Shown: positions 13,701-25,384 of the stretch, in pieces
How the letters are laid out: every line of letters begins with the position of its first letter
Position numbering within the stretch: position 1 is the stretch's first letter
Source of the DNA: Catajapyx aquilonaris
Taxonomy: Eukaryota
Assembly (NCBI GenBank): GCA_000934665.2
Contig: JYFJ02003341.1
Coordinates: forward strand, 1-43,252
Length of the DNA stretch: 43,252 bases
Direction: 5' to 3'
Notes under the pieces: model-generated
What the model saw: only the letters and a program-made list of their open reading frames with translations
Told to the model about the DNA's origin: nothing
The model's database searches: none
Translations under genes and position numbers: made by a program

Positions 13701-14363
13701 TTAAAAAAATATTGTGTTTGGTGCTGCATTAAGGCCTGTGTGTATGGGCCTTAATGCAACCAACATGACCGCAGGAGACAAAGGGTTAATTAATACCAAA
13801 TTGATTTCCATGCTTACTTTCTCTCCTCCGACAGTTATGCATTGATTGTAAGTCTCACCGCAATGACGTGGAACAGGAATGAATTTGTGCACCCTGACTT
13901 AATTGACACTCTCTATCGCCAGCAGGTATTCACCATACCTGGATGTGCTGAGTTCGTCGGCTTGCCACTGGGGTCTTCCTTCTGAAATTAAAGCCAAATT
14001 AATGAGATGTTGCAATACAAGTTGGTTTCAGTCCTTATTTTCTAGCTTATTGTTACCAACAATGGATCATGTGGCTAAACAGTTGTACATGTTCGTGAGG
14101 CTCTTTCAGCGGCCTACACTGCTCGGAACGTCACTGCTGCACTGTGCAGTACCATGTAATTATGGGAAGTTTAGTCAAGGAGTGGGAAGATGAGGAGAAA
14201 GAAGAGACAATGTTCATCGCAGTACTTTATTACCCAAGCAGGTGCTCGAAATGCCCTCCCTTCACCTGCCTCCCGACCATGCAGCCAGCCAGTGGCCGAC
14301 CCTGATCCTCACCTTGAAGGTGTAGACCCTCTTCCCGTCCTCCATGTAGTACATCAGGTACAT
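10795..14363 (-). CDS. NOP10: H/ACA snoRNP subunit NOP10 (63 aa, 3 exons)
   Basis: Exons 14363-14313, 13981-13939, 10892-10795 give [63 protein letters not shown]; canonical splice sites; AATAAA on the minus strand at ~10780-10785. Confidence 0.95.
11551..12827 (-). mobile_element. Degenerate Tc1/mariner transposon (DDxD-type transposase fragment) with ~190 bp TIRs
   Basis: Frameshifted peptides [10 protein letters not shown]...[17 protein letters not shown]...[29 protein letters not shown]; inverted repeats ~11551-11740 and ~12642-12820, right end ...ttacaccctgcata. Confidence 0.85.
13291..13688. mobile_element. Tc1/mariner-type MITE, family A copy 1
   Basis: TA-cagtgctggac...gtccagcactg-TA, ~145 bp TIRs; second copy at 31417-31759. 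Confidence 0.9.
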
Positions 14364-14879
14364 TCTTGTGCCGCAACAATACTTGCGAAGGAAGGGAGAC
14401 CACGCCAGATGCAGAGCACGCTCCTTGGGCCAATATGGCGGAATAACAATGCGGGGCCGAATCGGACGCAGCAGCTTTGTCACTCACTATCATGCAGCTT
14501 AAATGGGCTGTTGTTTATAATTTAAATATGGTGGTACAGTACTAGTAATTATGTAACAATTTTTAACATGCAGCCGACGTTACGTATTACGCCAGATGGC
14601 TCGTGCCAGCTGACGCGTATTACAACTAATAAGCGGCTACTTGTAGCCGAATAGCCAATAGCGTTGTTGGCTAACTTCTTTGGTGATGACCAGCCAGTGT
14701 CCAGCGGTCCTCTCTGGCTTCTCCTGGTCCGACGCTGCATCCACACCCTGAAGCACAAGCCCGGAGACAACTCGTAGCTGGAGTGAAATCAGAGCAGTGG
14801 TGTCACAGGTAATGTTGCTGAGTACATGTTCAGTGCGCTTGACGCTTACAGTTTTGCTCCTTCAGAACATCCCGTAACG
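14364..14879. promoter_or_regulatory. Divergent promoter / 5' UTR region shared by NOP10 and MED7
   Basis: Start codons face away from each other ~516 bp apart; CCAAT at ~14654; likely MED7 5' UTR intron 14809-14865 (cag|gtaatg...ttcag). Confidence 0.6.
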
Positions 14880-15595
14880 ATGTCGACGGAAGCCACACAA
14901 GTGAGCTCCCTGCCGCTGCCTCCGCTGCAGTACATGAACCTCTACACGGATGAGAATGTCCGTCGAGGGAAGGCGCCCAGGCCACCGCCACCCATACACG
15001 ACTCGTACTCCATGTTTGGGAATTCCTTCCATGCCGACGATACCATCATTCGACCACTTGAAAGCCAGGTAAATACACATGCAGGAGCGAATCGTACAGC
15101 CAACTGACCTTTTTGTACTTGTAGGGTATCCGCCGCCTGTACCCGCAAAACTTTGACCCGCGTCGTGAGCTTCGGAAGCTCAACCATTCCGTTTTGGCCA
15201 GCTTTCTGGACCTGTTGGAGCATTTGGTGCGTAGTCCTGAGTCGCCGCGGCGGGAGGAGAAGTTGGAGGACGTACAGCTTCTTCTGGTCCACATGCACCA
15301 CTTGGTGAATGAGTTCCGTCCGCACCAGGCACGTGAGACCCTCCGAGTGGCCCTGGAGATCCAGCGCAGGCATCGGCTGGAGACTGCTGACCGCTTCCAG
15401 AAGCACCTGGATGCGGCTGTTGAGATGCTGCAGCAGGCACTGGCGGCGTTGCCAGGTGCGGCTGATCTGGACTGCAAGCTTCTGGTCCCCTTACCTGGTG
15501 AGGGTCAGGGTGGTGGAGCCACGGACACAGCGGAGGCAGCCGAGGATTGCAATGGACTGGATAGGCTCATGTGCGATATTGTTGACGCATTATGA
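14880..15595 (+). CDS. MED7: Mediator subunit 7 (219 aa, 2 coding exons)
   Basis: Exons 14880-15068 and 15125-15595: QVSSLPLPP...YSMFG...[15 protein letters not shown]...ELRKLNHS...[19 protein letters not shown], characteristic MED7 motifs. Confidence 0.95.
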
Positions 15596-16262
15596 GTTGC
15601 TTCTGCTTATGCTGAGTGTCCTGTGCATCTCATTGGTACAGAGTTGACAGTCATGATCTGAGAGGTACATTTCAATATGAGAATTAGGAAGGTTGTGTGT
15701 CAGGCGCTGCAAAGTTAAGAGGTATTCCTAGGCAAGCGAAAAGAAAAGAAAGTAATTGACACTCTTGTTGTCGTTAATTGCGAGCATGGATCCTGTTGCA
15801 GAGTTATGATTGGGAGACAGAAAAAGATACTTTTTATACTTTTTTGTGTCACAATACTGCGAATAGCATTGTACAAATGCTCCAAGTGGGGCGCATTACC
15901 AATGAACCTTCAATTCAGCTTTCCATATTTTTTACCATGCATCACATCGACAGTAGTGTTTTCTGGGACTGCTTTTTCTATGAGGTTGTCCACTGTCTAA
16001 TGAGGTACCCACCAAAGAAGGGCTTGCAATGAGAATATGAAGTGATGTAAGATATAATTCATGTTAAAAGTAAGTTTAGAACACTTGGCGATGTAATGAG
16101 TATCCTGATGCATTATCGTGATTCATTATTCATGTACAATACTGTACCATTGGCATTAAATTAATGGTTTATACATTCATGAAATTTTTTATTACTGAAC
16201 CAGCAAATATGGTAACAGTGATATATTTTGTTTGATAAGTGTTTAACACTTATCGGATGGGC

Positions 16263-16340
16263 CCTGTTATTGTGCCTAGAGCTGTCCCCCTAAAGGGGCT
16301 CCGCCCCAAACACGAGATAACATAAATAAATATATAAATA
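16263..16340 (+). mobile_element. 5'-truncated non-LTR retro-insertion
   Basis: 78 bp insert ending in an A/T-rich tail, flanked by 18 bp direct repeat aacacttatc(g/a)gatgggc at 16245-16262 and 16341-16358. Confidence 0.6.
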
Positions 16341-17167
16341 AACACTTATCAGATGGGCATATCATAATGATACGGCAGCTTGGAAGAAAATAATATTGGC
16401 AAAATCATAGTGGTTTTCTGTAAGGCAAAGTAGTTTCGCTGTGGATTATTCATGTTTCTACAATACAAAGAAAATTCTTTTATGGTAAAACTTGTATAAG
16501 TCGAATTTCCATTGGACCGGGAAAAAACTTCGAGATATAGAGGATTTGTGTTAGAGAAGTTTGGAATTTTTAAAGCACACAACTCGATAAGGAAGCCTAA
16601 CTTTATATCCAGCAATGAAAGGTGTTTAAAACTTGAAAATAATTGTCACTATCACACTACAATGTTCCCCATTCTTTTGCTGTAAAAAAAACTTTGTTAT
16701 GGACATTAGCCTACTCTTAGATCTGCTCTCACTCTTAATATAGGATTCAATTGTCACAATCGAGTCAAACCCTTTTTTCAGTAGACGGAGATCAGGAAAG
16801 AGACTTTCTGTACATGTGGCCTACTCTCAACAACTCTTCGGCTGGGAAATGAGAAAATTTTCTGTACTCGCGAACATGAACTTCCACTTACAGTTAGGGA
16901 GACTGAAAATACATCAACATCCCATTGTAAGGCCTTGCCTGCACTTCGAGTTATGGAGAACTTCGAGGTATAGATATTCGAGTTATTTTATATTATACAA
17001 AACCTGAAACCTGGTACCACCAGGTGGGTACCAGGTGGGTACCTTGAAACCTGGGGGTTATTTTTTATTATTAGGGAAGTTTAGTTCGTATTATTTTACA
17101 TAGTGACCAACTACTAAGCTCATAATTTTCTGGGACTAATAGAAGTTTTACTATATATTAATCCATG

Positions 17168-17390
17168 CCAAAGCAGGTTGGCATAGTGGATAGGGCGTCT
17201 GACTGCTAATCGGGAGGTCCTGGGTTCGAATCCCGGGGCCGGCAACCATGACTGTGGTTTTCTGTGGTTTTCCACAGTCTTTCTAGGATAATTCCGGGGT
17301 CGCTTACGTATAATAGGCCACAGCCGCTTCCTTCCTTCCCTATCCTTGGAGGTTGAAAGGCAATGCTAGGCCAACCTCCTTAATATCAAT
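17168..17390 (+). mobile_element. tRNA-derived SINE
   Basis: A box tggcatagtgg, gactgctaatc arm, B box ggttcgaatccc, then body gtggttttctgtggttttccac...ggccacagccgcttccttcc shared with three other copies in the window. Confidence 0.85.
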
Positions 17391-18255
17391 TATAAAGTAT
17401 ATTAATCCAAGTTGCAATATGTGAACGATTCAACCATTACACATTAATCAGCATGAGTGGATATCTTCTAAAGTCGGTGTCCTTATGACCGCAACTGATA
17501 AATGTCATGATGGATTGGAATACTGCGTTGGAATCAGTCAGTGTATCAGCCAGAAGTGGCAAAATAAGGCGCAATATGCTGAGCCATACTTGAATTCCGG
17601 GACGCACCTTGCTTTTCACATCTAGATAAGTTACACAGCAAGATAAGTGAGCCAGAGAGAAAGCAGGAAAGATTAAGGGCAGATGGGTGGGAAAAAACGG
17701 ACAGATAAATCCAGACACACACCTGTGCTGCCAATTGTATCAAGCCACTATGAACGAATGTGTATTGTGAGATGTGTATTTGCAATTAACATCATCCAGC
17801 GTGCATTTTAGTGTTTGTCACACAAACATTTCCAGAAATTGATGCAGATTAAGGTAGTTTGTAGTAAGAGTCAGAGTCACCAGCCATAAATACTACTATG
17901 CAATCCAACCACACTCAAACAATGGACTGTGTGCTTTTTTTTTGCCTAACTTTAAAATCTGACACGTCACTTGGCCGTACAACCTATGGATTGAATGATA
18001 TACCTACAGGCCTGTGCAATAGGGTGTAGCGTCATTGGACGAATTTTACCGGATCAAACGGCACATTTCAGGTTTTGTTAAGTGGACCTCCCAAACTTCA
18101 AATATGAAAAGAAATTTTTTTCCTACAAGTGTAACACCCAGTAAAGAAGCACTACTCCTCCAGCTACTCCCAAAGAAAGGGTAGCAGGGTTTGTCGAGAT
18201 GATTAAGGCCACCGCCTCCCACCTCTGGGGACTTGAGTTCAAGTCCCGGCTAAGT

Positions 18256-19096
18256 ATAATATATAATAATATACAGGGTGATCCAACTCTGTGGCACCAA
18301 CAGTTATTGGAAAAATCAACAAGCTGCTTGTTTATAAGCAGGTCGTTGCTAAGAGATCAATAAGAGTTACTTTCTGGAGAATCGGGTAGAGCACACCTGC
18401 TGATATTAGGTCCAATGTAACAAAATTAATGAGGGAAAAAAGGGTCATCAGTGGGAAACAGGCCTGTTCTGGTGTTCGCTGGAGGGTTTCACATGGGGTC
18501 ACTAGCTGCCAAACCAGAGGGCTAATCCGTCGGAACTGGACAGACCCGGGTGTGTCAATAAATAGGCCTTCTGGTCCGTTCCTTGTTGGCCGCTGTTGGC
18601 AAAACTGAGACAGGTCAACAGGCAGCGTTGTTTAGTTACCAGCAAATAAAATTGTTGCATGGCCATTGGACCTAATATCAGCAGGTGCTCTTCCCGATTC
18701 TCCAGAAAGAGCCAGAAAGCATCTCTTAGCAACGACCTGCTTATAAACAAGCAGCTTGCGCGATTTTTTCAATAACTACTGGTGCCATAGAGTTGGATCA
18801 CCCTGTACATAATATAATTCATACCCCGTTATCAGCCGGCGGCTCTTTAGGGGGGATTTATTTATTTTTTGACTGGAACTCTTTGTTTCGTTTTTACTGC
18901 GCTTTTTTGGGATAGGATAGGAAAGGAAGGAGGCGGCTGTGGCCTATTAGTTTAGGAAACAACTCCGGAATTCTCCTTGAGGAACCGTGGGAAACCACAG
19001 AAAACCACGGTTAGAGTTGCCGGCACCGGGATTCGAACCCAGGACCTCCCGATTAGCAGTCGGATACCATATCCCCTCCGCCACCACTGCTTCCGT
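18256..19096 (-). mobile_element. tRNA-derived SINE inserted in the hAT element
   Basis: Reverse tRNA-like head at ~19020-19093; 15 bp TSD aagtcccggctaagt at 18241-18255 and 19097-19111; AT-rich tail interrupted by a MITE. Confidence 0.85.
18274..18805. mobile_element. Tc1/mariner-type MITE, family B
   Basis: TA-cagggtgatccaactct...agagttggatcaccctg-TA with long imperfect TIRs extending >100 bp. Confidence 0.9.
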
Positions 19097-21751
19097 AAGT
19101 CCCGGCTAAGTTTGCCTATATGAGCGTCATTGAGCGAATGTTACACTTATCTTCTAAAGTCAAATATGAAAGGAAATTTTTTGGGATATGAAAGATTTTT
19201 TAAAATTGTCTAGTCAATATTTTATTTTTGCAATAAGCACATACACTGTCATACACTGCTACATAAGTACAGAGTGCAGTTTATTTAGGAAATGGTGCAT
19301 TAAAGTCTTTCTTACTTCTGAATGAAGCCATAAAGTCACGGGATTTACATGCTGACCTAATATAGCCATCTGTTGCCTCCTCCGTAAAATGCCTCGGATG
19401 CTTCAGTTACCACCTACACGCATCTTTCCACTGCTTGAGAGTGACATGGTAGCGTTACGACACGGGGTTCCTCAATTATTATCCGCTCAAGCTTTTCGAT
19501 GGAGAACTGCATCGTGAGAAAATGTTTCGGGCCTTCTGTACATCTTGGGTGACGTTTGATCCTGAACCACATGGGTCCATAGTGGCACACGACGCACTGT
19601 GCGAGTAAGCGCAGCTCTTCACAGATGGCCCGAAACATTTTCTGCACCAAATCAAGCTGCTAACAGTATTGCCACTGGCAAGCGAGGACATTTTATGGCG
19701 TGTTATCCAAAGAAACGCGTATTGGGCTCACCATGAAAATGTGTTACTAGCGATGCTTGCAGATGATGACCATGAAAACTGGAAATTGGCAGTCGATGTA
19801 ATCAAGAACCATTCCGCAACTTCCCAAACAACAGCCAGCCAGAGAATTTCGGCCTCCAAAGGTCCTGAAAAGATCTCAGATTTTGAACGATCTACTTCCA
19901 CCAGTGGAAGAGTGCAAGAAGGAACCTCCACTCCCGATGCAGTTCTCGATCGAAAAGCTTGAGCGGATAATAATTGAGGAACCCCGTGTCGTAACGCTAC
20001 CATGTCACTCTCAAGCAGTGGAAAGATGCGTGTAGGTGGTAACTGAAGCATCCGAGGCATTTTACGGAGGAGGCAAGAGATGGCTATATTAGGTCAGCAT
20101 GTAAATCCCGTGACTTTATGGCTTCATTCAGAAGTAAGAAAGACTTTAATGTACCATTTCCTAAATAAACTGCACTCAGTACTTACGTAGCAGTGTATGA
20201 CAATGTATGTGCTTATTGCAAAAAGAAAATATTGACTAGACAATTTTAAAAAATCTTTCATATCCCAAAAAATTTCCTTTCATATTTGACTTTAGAAGAT
20301 AAGTGTAACATTCGCTCAATGATGCTCATATAGGCAAACTTAGTCCTAGCCGGGACTTGAACTCAAGTCCCCAGAGGTGGGAGGCAGTGGCCTTAATCAT
20401 CTCGACAAACCCTGCTACCCTTTCTTTGGGAGTAGCTGGAGGAGTAGTGCTTCTTTACTGACAAGAATGGAGGAGTTGGGAAACGAGCATCGCCTTGCGC
20501 GGAGGGTCACTATTCCATTTTGTTGGGGCTTTGCTGTTGGTTTCCTGTCAACCAAATTTGGCACAGGAGTAGAGGAGACATAGCTGCGATTCCCTATGTC
20601 ATGCATTTACCAATATGTCTGCAACCATGTCGCTGGTAAGCATTCATTGGTCTAAGTTGGCCATTTTAACAATTTTCAAGGTCAAAAAGGGGGGTGTTAC
20701 ACTTGTCGGAAAAAAAATATCTTTTCATATATGAAGTTTGGGAGGTCCACTTAACAAAACCTGAAATGTGCCTCCAGATCGCCCATGACGCTACACCCTA
20801 CTGTGCAATGTCCACTTACATTACACTTTTTGCTGCAGGTAATGCGATCTGTGCATGTGAGCCACTCGTAACTTACCAAAAAGTAAATTTAAGAAGTTGT
20901 GAAAGTGCTGCACTGTCCAAGTTCACTTAATGCATGTCAACTAAACCCAGCTTTGTCAGGACAATTGCCTTCGTCAATCAAGTGACACATATTTGAGAAA
21001 ACAATTTATCTAGAATTCTAGCTACCGGTACATGCGAAAAGTTGTGAAAAATTTACTTATCTATATATTCTAAGAAGAAAATGTATAATTATGATAAGTG
21101 CTATGAAGGAAAATTGAGAGCGAAAAGATGTAGGTACTCCAGCATGTGATAACAAATTCAAGAGAAATCATTGCAGAAACTCTCTCATCAAGGTGACATG
21201 AGTAATCCAATAAGTGCTAAGTTCTATTTTTAGTTAAGTGTATGTCCACAGTACACAGTCCCCCTGACTGCCCCTGATTAGTGTTGACCTTCTTTCTCTT
21301 TCACTATTGTTCAAGATGGTTATCTCATATCTTGTCAGTACCGAGAAGTGCTTAGCAATGAGAGCACAGCATTTGTTGTTTGGCTGCGTAGGCCGCTTAT
21401 AAATCAGGATATCAGTGTGATATGTGGGGAGCGACTGACAAACAAAGGTGGATTATATTTGAACTCTTGAGCAGCGTTGGTGCGATATGCAGGGCTTATC
21501 TGACTAGAAACCATATAAAAGACCCGAAGAACCGTTGCGTCTACTTTTTCCCAGTTATACTTCACATAGTCAGGGTACAATTTTTTGGCAGTTGTCAAGG
21601 GTTGAAGTGGCCAATGATATCTGAGGGAAGTAGAAACTCCTGCCTGCTCTTCTGGCATCAAATAAATTTCCTGATTTATTTGTGATGAGATGATTAAGAC
21701 GACAATCATCAATAGTACAGGATGTTAACAGCAGAAGAAAAGCGTCAGAAA

Positions 21752-24700
21752 ATGACATGGATGTCTTCCACTCTGCTGTGGCTCGTTTGCCATTCAGTGC
21801 TGCTCTGCGCTGGTAAGTAAACAATATTGCGTTCATAATTGATACCTGATGACCGTCCAAACCAAGCATGTGACAAAATTTTAAAATTGCCCACAAAATA
21901 TTACAGATTAACTATTACTACTGTTGTAACTATCTAGCTGGGATGCCATTGCTACATGTGTCATAGTGTTATAATAGAAATTATAGGATAATTATTTTCT
22001 TCGTTTTTTGGGGGGGGCTAATTTTGGACGCAATCAGAAACATGGTACTCCTCTTCATTTAGCATACTCTTTCACAGTTACTTAGTGACTCACCACCTGA
22101 GCCCCAGTGATCGGCCATAGTCATGACCATATGCAAGCATGGATGATAAATGGTGCATTCCCATGTTACTATCAATGATGTTTGTGAAATATGCGCACTG
22201 CTCCCCCGCTCGTCCTACAACAGTTATCTTATCAAATCTGGATACTTACACTATATCATTATAGCCTTTTGCTGTAAGTCTAATTCTGTTGACTGGATTC
22301 TGGCATTGGACATTTAATAATCAGATTCTTCAATAACAACTGTAAATTGGAGCATACTCTACATTATAAAATGTTAATGCTGAATTATAATGCCCTACCT
22401 GCGTAGTGATAAATGGCAGTTATTTTCATTTCTTCTTATTGTTGTTTTGGCAGTGGAGAAATGCACAGGAAACACTTTATCGAAGATGTCTGGCCACACA
22501 CATGACGAGGATTGGGCCAATCTGCTCTTTCCTGACCAGCGTATGACATGGACAGAAGGAAACACATTTTGCCAAAAGAATGATGGCCACCTCCTGGTGG
22601 TCAATTCGGAGGAGGAGGAGGTAAACTAGTTGCAAGAGGATCAGCATTATTGTCATTGACATAGGCCTACATTAGACGGATATTTTCCTCAGGAAACACT
22701 GCGTAATCAAATGAACTCTCAACTGAACAAGACAGCTTTTTGGGTTGGCCTGAAGTACCACAAAAATATGGGGCAATGGAAATGGACCAATGAATTACCG
22801 CTAGACAGAAGAATAAGGTAAGCGATTGCAAATATGATAATAAAAAGTTATGGCAATTCAGTCACATGTTTTAGGACCAATATTTGACACATATTTTGTC
22901 TCATTTCAGCCCATGGGACAAGTGGGAACCTGACACCGAAGATTCTGGAGAAGGATGCGTTGAATATGTCCGAGGAGGTGTAGGAATGAATGACATGCAT
23001 TGTCGAGAAGCCAGGTGTTTTCTGTGTTCCAAAGGTAACACATCTATCACATGTATCAAAAAGGCTTTTGACATGTTTCTGCCTTCCATCATCACTCGAG
23101 GGGTGATTGTTCCATAAATCCAGCTCGTCCAAAACATTTTTTGAAATAAATAAAATATAAAATAGGGACTAAAATATTGAAACGTAAGAAACCAACTTAC
23201 CTTCTCAGATCCTGATGCGTTGAAAACAATGCCAGTGCCATTCAGCTACAAGGTCTTGGAATTCCACAATAAGAGGGTCACCTGGAAACAGGCGTATGAA
23301 ACTTGCCGAGAAAAAGACTGGTCGCTTGTCAGAGTTCCAACCTGGCTTGAAAAAGTAAAGTCATTATTTACATAAAAATAGACTTGATTTGATAAAAATA
23401 TTTGTCACCTTCACACACAGGGAGTTCTGAATTATTACATTCTGTACGACGAAAGCGACTGTGAATCCTGGTGGCTTGATCGAGACAACAGGACTCAGCA
23501 CGAACAAGTGCAGTGGATTGAAACTACCTCACATGATTCAGTGTAAGTGTTTTACTCTATAGCCTGTCACTATTTGTAATTCGATGCATATTTTCAGGTC
23601 GCTGTCATCATGGCGTCCTAAGATCCGCAGGGAAGAAGAGCACTGCGCTGTGATAAGAAATGGCCTTCTTTCTGACCATCCATGCGACCAAAAATTTCCA
23701 GTTATTTGCGATAAGAAATCTAATCAAGGTAGTGAACATTTACGCCAAATATTTCACTCTTGAGACTGGTTACAAAATAATGGGTGTTCCTCCACACAGG
23801 CTTTGAAATAAAGGTTCGAGTTGTCTTGCACCTGCTTTACTCCTGCTGTGTAGTTCCACACACTATAATCATGGTGTTATTATTAGTAATGGTAGGTTTT
23901 TTTTCTACGATTTATGCTGACGTACAATGAGGCGTGACGAAAATTTCGTTAATAATTGAAATATTTTACAGGTGTCGCTTGGAATATTGCGCTTCTACAG
24001 GCATGGCATTAGGTTGTCTGGATTACAACTACTCAAAACCCTCGAAATAGAAAATTGCACAATTCTTGAACACTATGTAAGTATAGCCTATAATTAAATA
24101 TTATTACTATCTTATTTTTGAAAAAGGTGATATGTTTCCCTCTCATTGCTTACTCTGTAGGTACCTGAAGATTCGTCCCTGTGTGATCCTCCAACTGTGA
24201 CAGGCGCTCATGATGAGCAGACAGAACCTAATGATAAATGGACTTGTAGTCCCTACCTTTCTACAGAGAAGTATGGCAAAGTTTGGAGTCCTCCTATGAT
24301 GCGAGACGAATCAGGTGAAAAAGGAAGCTGTGATCAAATCAAACTTATTGAGGAACCTGAAGCACCATGCAGATATGATGCAAGTGACAAATCACCTGAA
24401 AGAGAAGTTCTTTTTGCCAGAAGTGTTTCTGTTACAATGCAAATTGATCCTATTGTGACAGATTACCCTAGGAGTGCATCAATGGTAAAGGTGAGTACAC
24501 ACCTACTTGTTCAAGAACTTGATTGGAAAGTATACAGAATTACTGTAGTCCATTGTAGACAGCTGCTATGTAAACGCTTGGTTAACTTTTCAGAAAGCAG
24601 ATAAGATGTTGTTTGATGCATGCAAAGAGAACAACTTGGAGAAGGTGAAGGAAGCACTGGAGACAAGGGGTATTCAGGAGCTGATGGAGGTACACCAGAA

Positions 24701-25226
24701 CCAGAGGACTGCACTTCATGTTGCTGTTGAGTGCAAAGCTGAACCAGTGGTGAAGTACCTTCTGGATAAAAATTGGCATGTTGAAGGACGGGACAGCAAA
24801 GGCATGACTCCTCTTCACTTAGCCGCCATGGGCGGTCATGTGGCCATGTGTGAACTGCTGATTGAAGCAGGCTCTGATGTGATGAGCAAAGATTTATCTG
24901 GAAATGAGGCCCTTCATTTAGCTGCTACCAGAGGTAACGTGAGTATTGCGGAGGCCTTAATTCGAGAAGGGGCTTCTATAAATAGCAGAGGAGGACGCTA
25001 TGGAGACACACCCCTTCACATTGCGGCACTTAGACACCATGAAAATTTGGTTCAATTTCTGCTTGACAATGGAGCAGATAAGGAAGCTGCGAATGCAGAA
25101 GGAAGGACACCTGTTGATGTGGCTGGACATCAACGTATTGTTTCTCTCTTACGGAATTACAGAAGTGAAGCTAGGGCAAGGACAAGGGGGGTAAACCACA
25201 CATGTATTTACAAGTTAATTAAATGA
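21752..25226 (+). CDS. Transmembrane C-type lectin 4 with predicted cytoplasmic ankyrin-repeat domain (~678 aa)
   Basis: Exons 21752-21812, 22454-22620, 22693-22817, 22910-23034, 23209-23354, 23421-23542, 23598-23728, 23800-23891, 23972-24076, 24161-24490, 24594-25226 are all GT-AG and phase-compatible with no internal stop. CTLD1 has FWVGL, WEPD, MND; TM IIMVLLLVM|VSLGIL; ankyrins RTALHVAV, GMTPLHLAA, GNEALHLAA, GDTPLHIAA, GRTPVDVA. A further donor at 25191 may add a short last exon. Confidence 0.78.
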
Positions 25227-25384
25227 CACTCAACCATGTTATGTATTGGCTATTTTCCATATATTTTTTCCCCAACAAGCAATGTAGACTGTGATGGGAA
25301 GTTACCCAAGTGGGTCTGAAGACACCATTCCAATGAAGCTCAGCAGCTGTTAGTTCCTACTCTGGAATGATTATCTTGGGGATG

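Larger units (their letters stand above)
11297..13785. mobile_element. piggyBac-like non-autonomous element in NOP10 intron 2
   Basis: TTAA (11293-11296) ccctttgccttctgc ... gcaggagacaaaggg TTAA (13786-13789): 15 bp TIRs matching 13/15, CCC...GGG ends and TTAA duplication. Confidence 0.72.
18020..20800. mobile_element. hAT (hATm-like) element, palindromic, with transposase C-terminal remnants
   Basis: TIRs tagggtgtagcgtcat / atgacgctacacccta; 8 bp TSD ctgtgcaa at 18012-18019 and 20801-20808; peptides YGPMWFRIK...EGPKHF, VIQRNAYWAHHENVLLAML, LPCHSQAVERCV. Confidence 0.85.

Noticed and set aside
13227..13732. Similar short ORFs here and at 31384-31814 as a gene family
   Set aside because: They are translations of the MITE terminal inverted repeats.
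13716..13765. Intronic H/ACA snoRNA in NOP10 (12 bp hairpin followed by ACA on the minus strand)
   Set aside because: No pseudouridylation pocket, second hairpin or H box seen, and it lies in the subterminal region of the piggyBac-like element.
14942..15477. Long antisense ORFs over MED7 (likewise over Max)
   Set aside because: Expected shadows of GC-rich coding sequence with no recognisable motifs.
16495..16990. Tigger/pogo-like remnant (repeated ttcgag(a/t/g)tat motifs)
   Set aside because: No paired TIRs or TSD could be defined.
17168..17245. Functional tRNA-Ser(GCT) gene
   Set aside because: No proper acceptor stem or long variable arm; it runs into a SINE body, and related copies have TSDs.
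24606..25226. Stand-alone ankyrin gene starting at the ORF-track Met
   Set aside because: A strong in-frame acceptor lies 12 nt upstream and phase-matched exons link it to lectin 4; not fully excluded without transcripts.
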